A DNA stretch of 64,000 nt, from positions 47,494,001-47,558,000 of the forward strand of contig NC_086097.1 in the NCBI RefSeq assembly GCF_963921235.1, given 5' to 3'. Both the position numbers and the translations under genes were made by a program. The DNA is from Mobula hypostoma (Eukaryota). Shown in pieces: positions 25,198 through 38,574 of the stretch (its first letter is position 1; each line of letters opens with the position of its first letter). The notes under the pieces were generated by a model. It had not been told where the DNA came from. It saw only the letters and a program-made list of their open reading frames with translations, and did no database searches.

Positions 25198-26585
25198 GTA
25201 AGCCTTATGTATTTCTTTTACCATCTAGTATCGATGGCAATGTCTGAGCTGAAAAATCCTAGAATTTTTTTCAATTTTAATTAGACTTGTATTGATGTCA
25301 GCTAATTGCATTTGTATCTATTACATTTTTTTTCTAGCTTCAGATAAGACACTGCTACTCTAATCAAATTGTCTATTTCTGTTGTGTCTTAACTCTATTA
25401 GACCTTGCAAAGAATGCTGCAGTGATTTAGGGCTTAGTAAATCAATGGTATAATATTGACATTTCCACAATGCTCTCTAAGAAATGTTTCAAACTTTTGC
25501 ATTTTTATGTATTTAAGAATATGGCATGGATTTAATCCTGAATGCTCTGAGCCTGTACCAACTTCAGCATTCTGTACTATGTAACATTTCTAAACTAACT
25601 ATTTAAATTAAGTATTGTATACTGTAGATATGTAAACTTTACTAATTGCTTGCTTACCTGTGGGATACATTATAAACAATAACAGTCTTTATTAACCAGA
25701 ATATTTTCCTTTTGCTTATGGTTTACTGCATAGACGCATATTGGTCCTCTCTAATCGTTGTGTATTAACATATTCGTGAGCATGAGCTGCTGAAAATTTT
25801 CCAGCTGAATACTAATTTTACTACTTGCTTCGTGTTGCCTAAAAAGCATAAAAACTTGAGGCAAAACAAATGCACTTTATGCTAATAATTGGCAAGGAAT
25901 ACTGACCATTGTTAGGGAAGCATTAATGATGTGCACAGCATTGTCAACAATCTGTAGTATTCTGAGATAACATCTTAAAACGAGTCATTATGGAAAATTA
26001 ATTAATAATTTGAGGCAAATAGGTTAACTTGTTATTTCTAGCCCAGACAAATGGATAAGGTAGTAGGAATTAAGCAAAAAGAATCAGAATTAGAATCAGG
26101 TTTATTATCACTGACATAGGTCATGAAATTTGTTGTTTCATGGCAGCATTACAGTATAAGAGAAAGAATACTATAAATTATAATTTCAAAAATTAATAGG
26201 GCAAAAGAAGAATAGTGAGGTAGTGTTCATGGACCATTCAGAACTCTGATGGCAGGGGGGAAGAAGCTGTTCCTAAAACGTTGAGTGTGTATCTTCAGCC
26301 CCTGTACCATCTTCCTAATGGTAGTAATGAGAAGGGGGCATGTCCCAAGAGAGTCCTTAATGAGACATTACCTTTCGAAGATGCCCTCGATGATGGGGAG
26401 GCTTGTGTCCGTATTGGAGCTGGCTGTGTTTCCAAGCCTCTGCAGCCTCTTTCGATCTTGTGTATTGTAGCCTCCATATTAGGTGGTGATGTAGCCTGAA
26501 TACACTCAATTGTACATCAGTAGAAATTTGCTGGAGTGTTTGGTGACATACCAAATCTCCTTGGATGCCTAATGAAATGTGTGTG

Positions 26586-26750
26586 CTGGTGGTGAAGTGG
26601 TATCCACACCTGGACTTTGAATCCGGGACCTCTTGTTCTAAATCTGGCTGGCACTTTGTACACTTTCCATCTGTGCTGGGTTGAGCATTGAGCTAAAGAA
26701 ACGGCAAGGTTGCTGCCCGATTCACCTGACAAGGCTTGGGGAGGAACTCC
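26586..26750 (+). mobile_element. Degenerate tRNA-derived SINE
   Basis: A-box-like TGGTGAAGTGG and B-box-like GTTCTAAATC spaced as in a tRNA head; inserted in the Rex1 fragment. Confidence 0.45.
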
Positions 26751-26821
26751 GAATGAAATAGAGCTGCTGGCATGCCTTCTTTGTGAATGCATCAATATGT
26801 TCGGCCCAGTACTGAAACATT

Positions 26822-27119
26822 ACTACTACTACTACCACCACCACTACTACCACGTCGACTCAGGCCTAGGGGGCTGGCGTTGGGCACGATGACAGACTCT
26901 CCACTTCTCCCTCTCCCACATCAGTGTGTTCAGTTCATCTACATTAGCCACGCCGCTGTCTTCTAGGAGCGTGTTGACCATAGTCTTGTGAGGGCGCCCA
27001 TGGTTCATCCTCCCGTGTTTGGGCTCCCATATGATGACTAGGCTGGCAGGTAGCTCAGGGTGGCGTAGACAGTTCCCCGCTAGTTGCAGTCTTCTCGCCT
27101 CGATTTTAGTGGAGAGCAT
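26822..27119 (-). mobile_element. RTE-type LINE, 5'-truncated, with TSD
   Basis: Encodes STKIEARRLQLAGNCLRHPELPASLVIIWEPKHGRMNHGRP..TLLED..LMWEREKWR (RTE ORF C-terminus); (TAG/TGG)n tail; TSD CTGAAACATT (26812-26821, 27120-27129). Confidence 0.85.
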
Positions 27120-29294
27120 CTGAAACATTGATGCCCAGGAATTGAAGCTGTTCACCTTTCCACTACTGACTCTTTAATGAGGACTGGTATGTGTTTGAAT
27201 TGCTGATTATCCCCTATTTCTCAACTGCTACAACCCCAGTGGAACTGTACAAGGGGTACAAACTGCATGGGGTACAAACTACAATGGGTACAACTTCAAA
27301 AACTGGTTTTTGCATGAAAGTCAGGGTTTGATTTTTGAAGACTTTTAAAATTGATCATCCTCTATTAGTGTATTTTATAATGTCTGCTATACATTTTGCA
27401 CTAGGTGTCATCATTTTTGAATTGGATAGCTTCAAGCAGCAATTCAACTCTAGTTTATTGGCAAGCCCAAATGACTCAATGCTCTAAATATTGAATGATA
27501 AAGCAAAAGACTGTGGATGATGGAAAATAGAGGATACTGAAAATAACAGATTAGGTCGCATCTGTGGGAGAAGGGGAAGAGTGAAATAGAAAATAAACAT
27601 TTTAGATCATCAGAACAAGGGAAAAATATACTTATGATGTAGAGATAAAGGAGAAGGATAAAGAATACCAAAGGAAAATATGTGAGCCGAGTAAATTAAA
27701 AAAAAAACAGGTTAGGGTGTAAAGTGGAAAAGGTTAATAAACATAGGTTGATCTAGAGAAGTTGATGGAAGTTAATCATAATTTTAAATTACTGAAGGAA
27801 AGTTAGCAATTGTTGGGATTGTTCATTTACTGAAATTGGTGAACTTGAGTTTGGTCCAGAAGAGCACAATATGTCTGAAGTTGGGGGATGTCTCCTAATC
27901 TTGCATTGAGCTTTATTGGAACAGAGGGGTCAGAGTGGCTCAGGGTCATACTATTGGACAGAGCAGAAATGTCTAATAACGCATTTGACTGATTTGCATT
28001 TGATATCTTAAATATAAAGGGAATGCCCTTTTGGACAGTAAGAATGTATAATAAATTGAAAGAAATAAAAGTCCCCCCAGTGCGGATTCACCTATTAAGT
28101 GTGTTTAGAAACCTGGGCAGTAAGAAGATGTGAGGTAAATTATTTACTTGGTTCAATACCAATTCTAATCCAGAAATGCCCATTTTGAATGGATTCTGCA
28201 CTTCTGTTTCCACCAATGGAATTTCCATTGGTTTCTGTGAACATCTTCATTTTGTTCCTCTATTTCTCTTGACTTTAGTCACATAGCTATAAAAACTTGC
28301 TTTCATAGCAACCCATGTACTATCAAAGCCTAAGTCAAAAGACAAAGTAAATTAATTATCAAAGCATGTAGTATTTCTTGCAGGCATTTAAAAGGTAGAT
28401 ACTACAGAATCTATTCAAAAAACATACAGAAACAAAGACTGACAAACAACCTGTGTGCAAAAGAAGACAAACTGCAAATTAAAAAAAAAAATTACTGAGA
28501 GTATGAGTTGCAAAAATCCTTGAAAGTGAGTCTGTAGGTCATAGAATCAGTCCATAGTTATGGTCAGTGAAGTTAACCATGTCAGTTCAGGAGCCTAATG
28601 GTTGTAGAGTAATAATTGCTCCTGAATCTGGTGGTGTGAGACCTAAGGTACCTGTACCTCCTACCCAATGATAGTAGGAAGAAGAAAGTGTAGCCTGGGT
28701 AGTGGAGATTTTATGAATGTTTTTCCAGATTGGACACCTTTGACCAAGGGTATGCTGCAGGTGCACCATGGTTTATAATCTGTATTATGCATGCAAGCAG
28801 TTGGCATGGTTAGTAAGTTTGCAGAGGTGGCATAGTGACCAGTGAAGAAGGCAATGAGCAGTTATGATTCTTGCAATCTAGAATATCTGGGGAAATGGGC
28901 TAGGAAATGGCAGTAGAATTTAATTGACAAATGCAAAGTATTGCATTTTGTTAAGCTAAAACAAGGGATGTACAGTAAATGGCAGTACCCCAGAGAGTTG
29001 TAGAACAGAGAGACATAGGGGTTACAAGTACATAGTTTCCTAAAAGTGGCAATGTTGTCACAAGTATAATTGGCCAACTACATCCAGGCAGCACCAAAAG
29101 TTGAAATTGAACCCGGGTCACTGATAGTACAACAGCTGTACTAACAAGCACCACTGTGCTGCCCAAATGTAAAATGTTAGATCTGTTTCTGTTTTTACCA
29201 GTAGATGCTGCCTAACATGCTGAGTATTTAAGGATTTTTCTGCTTTCATTTCAGATTTCCACCATTTATAGAACCTTGCTTTCATAATTAGAAC

Positions 29295-32272
29295 TGGGTG
29301 ACTTTCAGGAGAAGGAAGAAAAACACACAGCCAGTGCAGACCACATTAGATACTGTTGAGGTGAATGACCTACGGGGGTGGAGCCACCGTGACTGGGTCT
29401 CTAGCACAGAGCCTGGTGCTCAGAACAGCGTAGAGGTGAAGAGGACTGTTGATAGGAGATTCCATAGTCAGATGAACAGAAGTGAGATTCTGTGGGCGCA
29501 ATAGAGACATCCAGATGTTATGTTGACTCCCAGGTTCCCGTGTCAATGATGTCTCAGGTCAGGTCCATGGCATTATCAAGGGGGAGAGTGAGCATCTAGA
29601 AATTCACCCTTATTGGTGCATATTGGCACCAATAACATAGGTAGACAAAGTGAGGAGGTCCTGAAAAGAGATTTTAGGAAGCTGGATAGAAAGATGATAA
29701 TTATTACCTCTAGGGTAGTAATCACTGAATTGTTGCCTGTGCCATGCGCCGGTGAGGTTAAAAATAGTATGATTTGACAGGTGAATATGTGGCTGAGGAA
29801 CTGGTGCAGATTTATGGATCATTGGGATCTCTTCTGGGGAAGGCATAACCTGTGCAATAGAGACTGGTTACACCTGAACCCGAGGGGACCAATATCCTTA
29901 AAGACAGGTTTGCTATAGTTGTTCAGGAGGATTTAAACTAATTTAGCAGGGGGATAGGTACCAGAGGATGAGGTAGTTGGTTTACCAACAGAGGCTGTGT
30001 GTAGTGAGACTCCAAGCAAGGAGATGCTGATGATAGAACAAAATTGCAGTTAACAGGATGAGCTGCAGTGTAAAAGGCTGATAAAATCAAAAGGGTGAAT
30101 ATAGGACTGAAGGTGTTGTATTTGAATGTGCACAGTATACGGCATAAGGTTGATGAACTTGTAGCACAGTTGCAGATGGGTATTTATGATGTGGGCATTA
30201 CTGTATCATGTCTGAAAGAAGATTATAGCTGGGAGCTTAATGTCCAAGGATACACATTGTTTCAAAAGGACAAGCAGGAAGGCAGAGGGGGTGGTGTGGC
30301 TCTGATGGTTAAAAAGTGAAATCAAATCATTAGAAAGCAGTGACATAGAGTCAGAAGGTGTTGAATCATTGTTGGTATAGATAAGGAACTGCAGGAGTTA
30401 CATACAGAACCCCCAAACAGTAGTAAGGATGTCTACAAATTACAACGGGAGATAGAAAATGCATGCCAAAAGGGGAATGTTACAATAGTCATGGGGGATT
30501 TCAATATGCAGGTAGATTGCTGGATCCTAAGCAGGGGTTTTTCTAGAATGCCTATGAATTTACTTTTTAGAGCAGCTTGTGTTTGAACCCACTAGGGGAT
30601 CTTCTATTCTGCATTAGTGTTGTATAATGAACCAGAATTGATTAGAGAGCTGAAGGTAAAAGAACCCTCAGGGGAAAGTGATCATAATATGATCGAATTC
30701 ACCCTGGGATTTGAGAAGGAGAAGCTAATGTCAGATGTATCAATATTACAGTGGAGTAAAGGGAATGACAGAGGCATGAGAAAGGAGTTGGACAAAATTG
30801 ATTGGAAAAGAACACTGGCAGGGATGACGGCAGAGCACCAATGGCTGGAATTTCTGGAAGCAATTCGGAAGGCACAGGATATGTACATCCCAAAGAGGAA
30901 GGAGTATTGTAAAGGCAAGATGACACAACTGTGGCTAACAAGAGAAGTCTTAAGTTGACTTAAAAGCCAAAGAGAGGGGATATAATAAAGCAAAAATTAG
31001 TGGGAAGTTAGAGGATTGGTAAGCTTTTAAAAACCGATAGAAGGCAACTAAAGTCATTAAGAAGGAAAAGATGGAATATGAAAGTAAGCTAGCTAATAAT
31101 AAAGAGCTTAACAAAAGTTTCTTCAGATACATAGTGTAAAAGAGGTGAGAGTGGATTTCAGACCACTGGAAAACAATGCTGGAGAGGTTGTACTAGGGAA
31201 CTGAACCAAGTATTTTGCATCAGTCTTCACTGTGGAAGACAGTAGCAGTATGCTGGAAGTTCGAGAGTGTTAGGTCAGAAGTGTATGAAGGTGCCATTAC
31301 TGGGGAGAAGGTTCTTGGGAAACTGAAAGGTCTGAAGGTAGCTAAGTCACCTGGACCACATCCCAGTGTTCTGAAAGAAGTGCCTGAAGAGATTGTGAAG
31401 GCATTAGTAATGATCTTTCAAGAATCACGAGGTTCTGGAATGGTTCTGGAGGAATGAAAAATTGCAAATGTCACCCCACTCTTCAAGAAGGGAGAGAAGT
31501 AAGGACATTATAGGGCATTTAGTCTGACCTCAGTGAATGGGAAGATGTGGGAATTGGTAAGGATGTGGTCTCAGGATACTTGGAGGCCTGTGATAAAATA
31601 GGCCATGGTCAGCATGGTTTCCTCAAGGGAAAATCTTGCCTGACAGTTCTGTTGGAATTCTTTGAAGAAATAACAAGGAGGATGGACAAAGGAGAGTCAG
31701 TGAATGTTGTGTACTTGGATTTTCAGGAGGCCTCTGACAAGATGTCACACATGGCTGCTTAACAAGCTATGAGCCCATGGTATTACAGGAAAGATGCTAG
31801 TATGGATAAAGCAGTGGCTGACTGGCAGAAGGCAAAGAGTGGGAATAAAGCGAGCCCGTTCTGATTGGCTGCCGATGACTAGTAGTGTTCCACAGGGGTC
31901 TGTGTTGGGGCTGCTTCTTTTTACATTACATGTCAATGACTTGGTTGGCGGAATTGATAGCTCAATTGCCAAGTTTGCGGACAATACAAAGATAGGTGGA
32001 GGGGCAGGTAGTTTTGAGGAAGTAGAGAGGCTACAGAAGGGCAGACAGATTAAGAGAATGGGTAAAGAAGTGGCGGTTGGAATACGGTGTCGGGAAGTGT
32101 ATGGCCATACACTTTGGTAGAATAAAAGGGAATTTCTTTAGCCAGAGACTGGTGACATCTGTGGAATTCATTGCCACAGGCAGCTGTGGAGGCCAAGTCT
32201 TTACTTATAGTTAGGGCAGAAGTTGATAGATTCTTTATTGATGATGGCATGAAGCAATACGGGAAGAAGGCC
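29295..32272 (+). mobile_element. CR1 LINE, long decayed copy (ORF1 esterase remnant, APE endonuclease, RT)
   Basis: ORF1 SGNH-like VHIGTNNIGR and DWLHLNPRG; ORF2 LKVLYLNVHSIRHKVDEL, GRGGGVAL, VMGDFN, SDHNMIEF, VPQGSVLG, KFADNTKIGG; many stops. Confidence 0.9.
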
Positions 32273-32670
32273 CGTAAGACAGTTCTATTGTTAAAACACT
32301 TGTTCTTCCACAGATGCTGCCTGACCTCCTGAATTCCTCCAGTAGTTTGATAAGTTTTTAGCTGTATTTCATCAAGAAGATAGAAATAATAAGAAAGAAA
32401 ACTTCCACTGTGTAGTTGAGCAGGGGAAAGATTACTGTCTGAAGGCCTATACTAAACTTGCAAATTTTATAATGTTGCCTTCTAATAAATGAGGTGCTAT
32501 TCATTTAAGATTGATATTTTGGAATGATCTGAATGTTTGTATCTGTGAGTAGAATTTAATGAATTTGAAAGTAATAATTCAAAGTTGTAAATTGTTTGAG
32601 AGCTTTCAGGCAAAGAGAAAAGAAACAATGGATAGTACACAATTAACAAGAATATTTCAATTACCAAATA

Positions 32671-33414
32671 CAGTGGTTTGGATGTTAATTGGGCCATTGG
32701 TTAATCGGTGCAGCCAGTTATTTGAGACAACTCATAAACAACAAAAACTAATCAAGAAAATAGCCAGGGTTCCCTTTGCTTATTTGGGACACTAACTAGC
32801 GTCAGTTGTATGTGCTTGCATGGCCGTTAGTCACAGCAATGTGCTTTGAGCGTATAGTTTTTAAATAGCGTGAGTTGCTTGTGCTTCTGTTCAAAAAAAC
32901 AATTTTTGTCACTGATAGTTGGCAAGAATTAAGCGGTAAGACAATTCAGAATTGTTTTGCTCAGTGAGGTGTCAAGTATTCAGGCTTGGAGATACCGGAA
33001 ACAGCTGGGAGTGAATTGAAACTATTTCACTACTTCAAGTTAGCAACTACAAAGAATTATCAATAATCATCTAGAATGTTGCAATGAAATTGAAGATTTT
33101 CATTTGAGGATTTGGAGAATGCAATCGTCAACAGCGTTGTGTAAAGGCATTCCATTCTCTGCAGTAGGTGTCTGTGTTGATTTTGTTTACTTACAGTCAA
33201 AAAAATGCGATGTGGCTGAATTCTTGACAAGTATTAGGAGCTAATACACATTTTTATAGTATTGCAGTAATATGAAATTTGTATTTCATTTAAATACATA
33301 ATTTGTTACTCAGTTTCTTTTTTTATATATGATTTTAACAATTTCCATGAAACTTCAGCTAATTGAGCCAAAATGTACTAGTCCTGATGTGTCCCAGTTA
33401 ACCAGAATCCACTA
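32671..33414. mobile_element. Non-autonomous Tigger/pogo-type DNA transposon
   Basis: Degenerate TIRs CAGTGGTTTGGATGTTAATTGGGCC and GTCCCAGTTAACCAGAATCCACTA, flanked by TA. Confidence 0.6.
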
Positions 33415-33834
33415 TATTTTAAAAAAGTTTTGGTCTGTTCTTATGAAATTAATGCTGCATTACAGTTTCCATGGCTCTAAGCTTGGGACAAAACAGAATC
33501 AATTATACTTACAGAAGCTAATTAAATTGGAACTTTTATAAGCTCATGGTATTGATAGTTTGTTCATGCTATTTTCTCTTGTTCCATCAACAGCTTTTTA
33601 AAAAAATTAAAGTAGAATTAAAGTTGACCATATTGTTTTGAAACATTTATTTTATGATATAAATAGTTATTCCACAGGTGGTTAAGCAATTGGTGTTTTG
33701 AGTTATGTGCTTTGATTAAAATTTTATGCACATTGTTTTCTTTCATTGGTGGCCATTGTAATGCTTAATTGTACAATAGTGATAATCTTATGTTAAACAT
33801 TTGTGCTTCCTCTTAATCTTCATTTCACAGGTGT

Positions 33835-34300
33835 AGACATTAAGACATTGGAGCAGAATTGAGCCGAGCCTGCTTCATAATTCAATTGTTGCTGTTTTAT
33901 TTTTCCCTCTCCCATTTTCCTGCCTTCTACCTTTAACACTCTTACTAAACAAGAACCCATCAACCTCTGCTTTAAATATATCAAATATCTTGGCCTCTAC
34001 AGCCATCTGTGGCAATGAATTCCACAGATTCTTCAGTCTGTGGCGTGAGAAATTTCTTCTCTTCTCAGTTCCAAAGGGGTGTCCATCAAATTCTAAGGCT
34101 GTGGCTTCTGGTTCTAGACTCTATAACTACTGGAAATATCTTCTGCATGTCCACATGTCCACTCTATCCAAGCCTTTCAACATTCAGTAGATTTCGATGA
34201 GATTCCTCCCCCCCCCCACCACCCCCATTCTTCTGAACTCCAGTGAGTACAGGCCCAGACCCAACAAATGCTTCACATAAATTTTCTGTGGATCCTCTCC
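33835..34300 (-). mobile_element. CR1 3' end fragment
   Basis: Shares TGTGGCAATGAATTCCACAGATTC and the tail with other CR1 copies in the window. Confidence 0.75.
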
Positions 34301-34749
34301 AACCATTCCAGATTATCTGCTGTGTTCAGAGTACTGCTTTACTCCATCTTGTATTCTATATAAGTAATGTGTAAAGTTATGGTAACAATCACTCTTGTTA
34401 ATCATTGTCAGTTCTTAATGCTTAAAATATACCCATTCTACATTAAACTTTGAAAATACAGAAATTATTTGTAGTCATGATTGGAATGCCAAGAGATGCC
34501 ACGTGATTTGCAATCACTTAATGGGCAAAAATTAAAACAAAACTAAGACAATCCTCAAATACTTATAGCATTAAGTTACTTGCATTGCAAAATCTTGTCT
34601 GAAAATGTACTTTAATGTCGTAAGCATAAATCTTTTGAGAATATTGACAGTATCTTTATTAAGGAAATTCTGGGTAGTGAACTTACTGATTTACTTTTTA
34701 ATATCCTACTAAATCTTGCTAATTTATTTTTCTTGATTTTAAACTGCAG

Positions 34750-34836
34750 CGAAATAATCGTCTAACAGAATCCAGAAATTTGAGTGCCAGTCATGATGAC
34801 CTGATGCATTGTGGATCACAAATTGGCACAAACTAG
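34750..34836 (+). CDS. KLC1: Kinesin light chain 1 last coding exon (long isoform)
   Basis: Pyrimidine tract then ctgcag|, phase 0. Encodes RNNRLTESRNLSASHDDLMHCGSQIGTN* (cf. mammalian ERNNCLADSRALSASHTDLAH). Confidence 0.9.
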   Translation, partial: RNNRLTESRNLSASHDDLMHCGSQIGTN

Positions 34837-35949
34837 ACTCTTCATGTAAAAGAACAAGAAATCCTCATTGCTACAATTCCATATAAGCTTTTCAATATTA
34901 AGGCCTTCATTTATTATCCTTTATAAATGATTTGCAGTAAACTTCAAGCATTGTATCCAAATATGAAATGTGTGTTCCAATTAGTTTTTTACTATTTGAT
35001 AAAATATGTAAGTTACTACAATGCGAATAGTATCAATAGAATTTGATTTTTAGAACTAAAATGCCACAGCTGAGCTGGTTTTAGATAATATGGATAGAAA
35101 TTGCCTTTATTAGATCTGTACAGTTAAATTTATCCTTAAAGTAGGATTCCCTGGAACAATTTCTACTAACAATTCTTGGTAAAGGCCACTTTATATTTTA
35201 ACATCAGATGTGACTTATCCATACCAGATGCCTAACGTTTTCATCAGATAATTTAATAATGTTGCTTCAGATAGTGTAAAGATTGACAGATCAATAACAA
35301 ACCTTAAATTTTAGTAAAATGCAAATATGTTGGGGTACTTGTATAATCTGCAGTACTCTCGACTATACTAGTAACTTGCACTATATTTTCCTAAAGTCAT
35401 ATAGAAGAAAGATGCTGCTAATATGTGTGGAAGCCACTTTCATCATAAGGTTGCTTTTCTAATACTGCTGTCAGCTGTTTGACATGAGAATTCTACAAAA
35501 TTAGTCATTTAACAAAATATAGCAAATAGTGGGGTAAAACTTGTTCTCTGTTGCCTTCAATAAGCATGGGAAGGAGGTAATGTTGTGACATATGGGTTGT
35601 ACTCAGCTTAAATTAGTCCTGTTGAACTGAAATGACAAAGTTTGAGTACAGCATGTGCACGCTGCAATGTCAATTTGTTAATGAGGCAACTAAGGACCAA
35701 TTTCTACTCCTTTATGCCTGGCTGTGAAGTTAAAATTAATCAATTATTGCATATTAAGATCTGAATGCTACTTTGGATTAAAATTAAATTAATTTTTGTC
35801 CTATCCATAGAACTGGATTTGTACAGGCTTCCTTTAAAATAGTGTTCTATTAAAAGAATAATCATTTGAAATTACAGATTATTATATGGACATGCAAATT
35901 CAGTCTTTACCAGTAAAACTGCAGGAGCAGTTTAGATTATGTGAACATA

Positions 35950-36784
35950 CAGGTTGGGTACCTCTTATCTCAAATGCTTGGGGCCGGAAAAGTTTAAGAT
36001 TTTGGATTTTTTTGGAATTTGGAATATATAATAAGATAACCATCATTTCCGACTCTGAATTTATGTACTATTGGTAAGCAGTCTTTGTCTTGCACTTGTT
36101 CATTAATAGTAAAAATTACCTTGTACCATTAATATAATGTGTGCAGGATAACAAAAGCAGCAGAGCAATATTGGGAAAATATCTGAAACATGTCAACAAC
36201 AGTCTTTCAGTCTCCACTTATGATGCAGTGTTTTGTTTAAAAGGTTACAATACACTCTTTATATTTTACTTTTTTAAAGTTTTATGTAAAGTATGAAAAC
36301 AATCAGCATTGGTGTTAGAGTTTCATCAGCAATGGTCTTGGCAAACACTAATGAATTTCCCTGCTGCTACATGATCAGCAGATGCTTTATCAGTACATCT
36401 TTAAATATTGAATACCACGCCTTTCCTTAAACTTCCACAACCAGCCTGCTGAATATTCATATTACCTCCAATTTTCAGTTTGTTGTGATAAATCTTTGCT
36501 TATTTCAATGATCAGCATACAATTAAGCAGCTATGTTCACTCCAACACTGCCAAATCCACTCTTTCACACAATTGAGATCTTCATTTTTCACTTTATGCG
36601 GTTTTTCTATTTTTCATTAATTTCTGTTCATTACATATGTGATGTCACTTCTCAGAACTGTGTGGTGCGCAGAGACCTGCGCTTTACTTGGGAACCTTCA
36701 TAGCGGCTTGTAGAATTTTCCATTTGTGATGTCATGTTGGCACTCAAAAAAAATTGGATTTTTAGATAAGGAGTACTCAACCTG
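35950..36784. mobile_element. Tigger4/MER46-like MITE (TcMar-Tigger)
   Basis: TA|CAGGTTGGGTACCTCTTATCT ... AGATAAGGAGTACTCAACCTG|TA inverted termini with a TA TSD; subterminal GGATTTT repeats. Confidence 0.85.
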
Positions 36785-37731
36785 TATTTCAGTTTGGAAA
36801 TTACGGCCTTTTGGGTTAACCATCTTTCATTGATTCATTATCTTGCACCTGTTCCCTTTGTAAATCATTTTGTTATGTTTAGGCAGTACCTGGAGTACTA
36901 CTTGTTTGCTTTTAATTGTGACTTTTATAGTGTTTTATCTCTCTTGTATTTTCTATTTGTACATTAACAGAAATTATTTGCACATTGTAAAACAAATGCT
37001 AAAATAGGATTGCAAATGAAAATTGAAATCATGATAGTTTACAGAAATTGATGGTCAAAAGGTATATATGGATTAATTCCATTAAAAGGTTTACGTGTGG
37101 TTCTGCAAGCACTCGAGTTGTTGATATAACAATGATTGCATCAGCTCTTAAGAACGTGTTCAAAATCTCATTTTGGTAACTGTATTCGGAACAGGAAAAA
37201 TGTAAAAAATATTGAACAAGGCTACTAAAAGCCTTGTAGCAAGATGAAAAATATTATATTAGCAAGTCCCAGCCTTGCCCCTTAAGCTTTTATTCTATTT
37301 CAGCCTCTTAATTTAAAAAAGCATTACCTAATGTAATGCATTAACATTGTTATCCATGCATAATTGCCGTGATACTGTTACAAGACTACTCTGAGCATGA
37401 ACAGTGATTTCTGCAGTTGTAGATTTTAGTATTCGAAGAGTGATTTTAATAAGCTTCAAAGAAGAGTTTGCATACAGTAAACAGGTTTTTAGTTGTATAT
37501 TGCACTTTTTACTAGGGCAAGTCGGTGTAGTCATGATGTTGCATGTAATGTTTTAATACAGTTTACCTGTGTAATGTTCTACATGTCAATGAGTAAGATC
37601 ATTCAGACAAGAATATAGTGTATTAGTGTCCTCAGTTTATTTTAGAACTTAAGATATGTACATTTATGTTGGATATATGTCACATGTTACAATATTTATG
37701 TTCAAAGTATATGGAACATTTTTGGTGAGAA

Positions 37732-37764
37732 AATAAATGTAATTTTAAAGTCATTTTAAATAAA
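37732..37764 (+). terminator. Candidate polyadenylation signals of the long KLC1 isoform
   Basis: Two AATAAA (37732, 37759) at the end of AU-rich, UTR-like sequence, just before repeats resume. Confidence 0.35.
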
Positions 37765-37879
37765 ATACAAGTACAAAAGCTACTAAAAGCGAACTGTCTA
37801 AAGTTAATAGCTCATTTCATTTGGATTTTCCATTATTCCAACTTCAGGTCATGCAACCAAGCTGCCTACTTGAGCTACT

Positions 37880-38565
37880 GTAGTCCCTTTGTCTGTGTTT
37901 GGTCAACATCTCTCTAAACTCTTCCTATCCATGTACCTGTCAACATTTTATTTTAAATGTTGCAATTGTTCTTGCTCTTACACTTTCTGAAAGCTTGTTC
38001 CACATACACATCACCCTATCTAGGAAAAAGTTGCTGTTTTGTCCTCTTAAAATGTTTCCCCTCACTTTTAATCTATGGCCTTCAGCTTTAGATTAAGACC
38101 ACTTCGGGGAGGAGAGGGTGTTTGGGGGGAAGCTCTCATCTATTCTTGTAACTCAAGCCCTTAAGAACTGCATAATGTCCTTATGAATCTTTTCTGCACT
38201 CAAAACAGCGTAATATTATCCTTCCTAAAGCTTGACAAATAGAACTGCACAATATACACAAGTGGTCTCACCAACATCCTCTACAGTTGTAACATAAATT
38301 CCCAACTCCTGTACTCAGTGACCAGTGAATGCGAGCATGCCAGATGCCTGCATCACCACCTTGTCTACTTATATCACCACAGTTGGGGAACTATGTACGT
38401 GTTACCCTAGGTCCCTATGTTCAGTAACACTCCAGAACCCTGCAATGTACTGTGCAAGTTCTGCCCTGGTTTAATTTCCCAACAACAATTACACCCTTAT
38501 CCAAGTTAAATGCTATTTTTTTCTTGCCAGTATCCCCTTTGTTCTAGATCCTGCTATAATCTTAA
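37880..38565 (-). mobile_element. Old CR1 3' fragment
   Basis: Degenerate similarity to the CR1 at 19490-20467 (e.g. AACTGCACAATATA..GGTCTCACCAA). Confidence 0.65.
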
Positions 38566-38574
38566 ATAACAACA

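Larger units (their letters stand above)
26082..27195 (-). mobile_element. Rex1/Babar-type LINE 3' fragment with nested insertions
   Basis: (AATCAG)n tail plus TTTATT, and FIRHPRRFGMSPNTPANFY on the - strand; interrupted by a SINE and an RTE. Confidence 0.65.
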
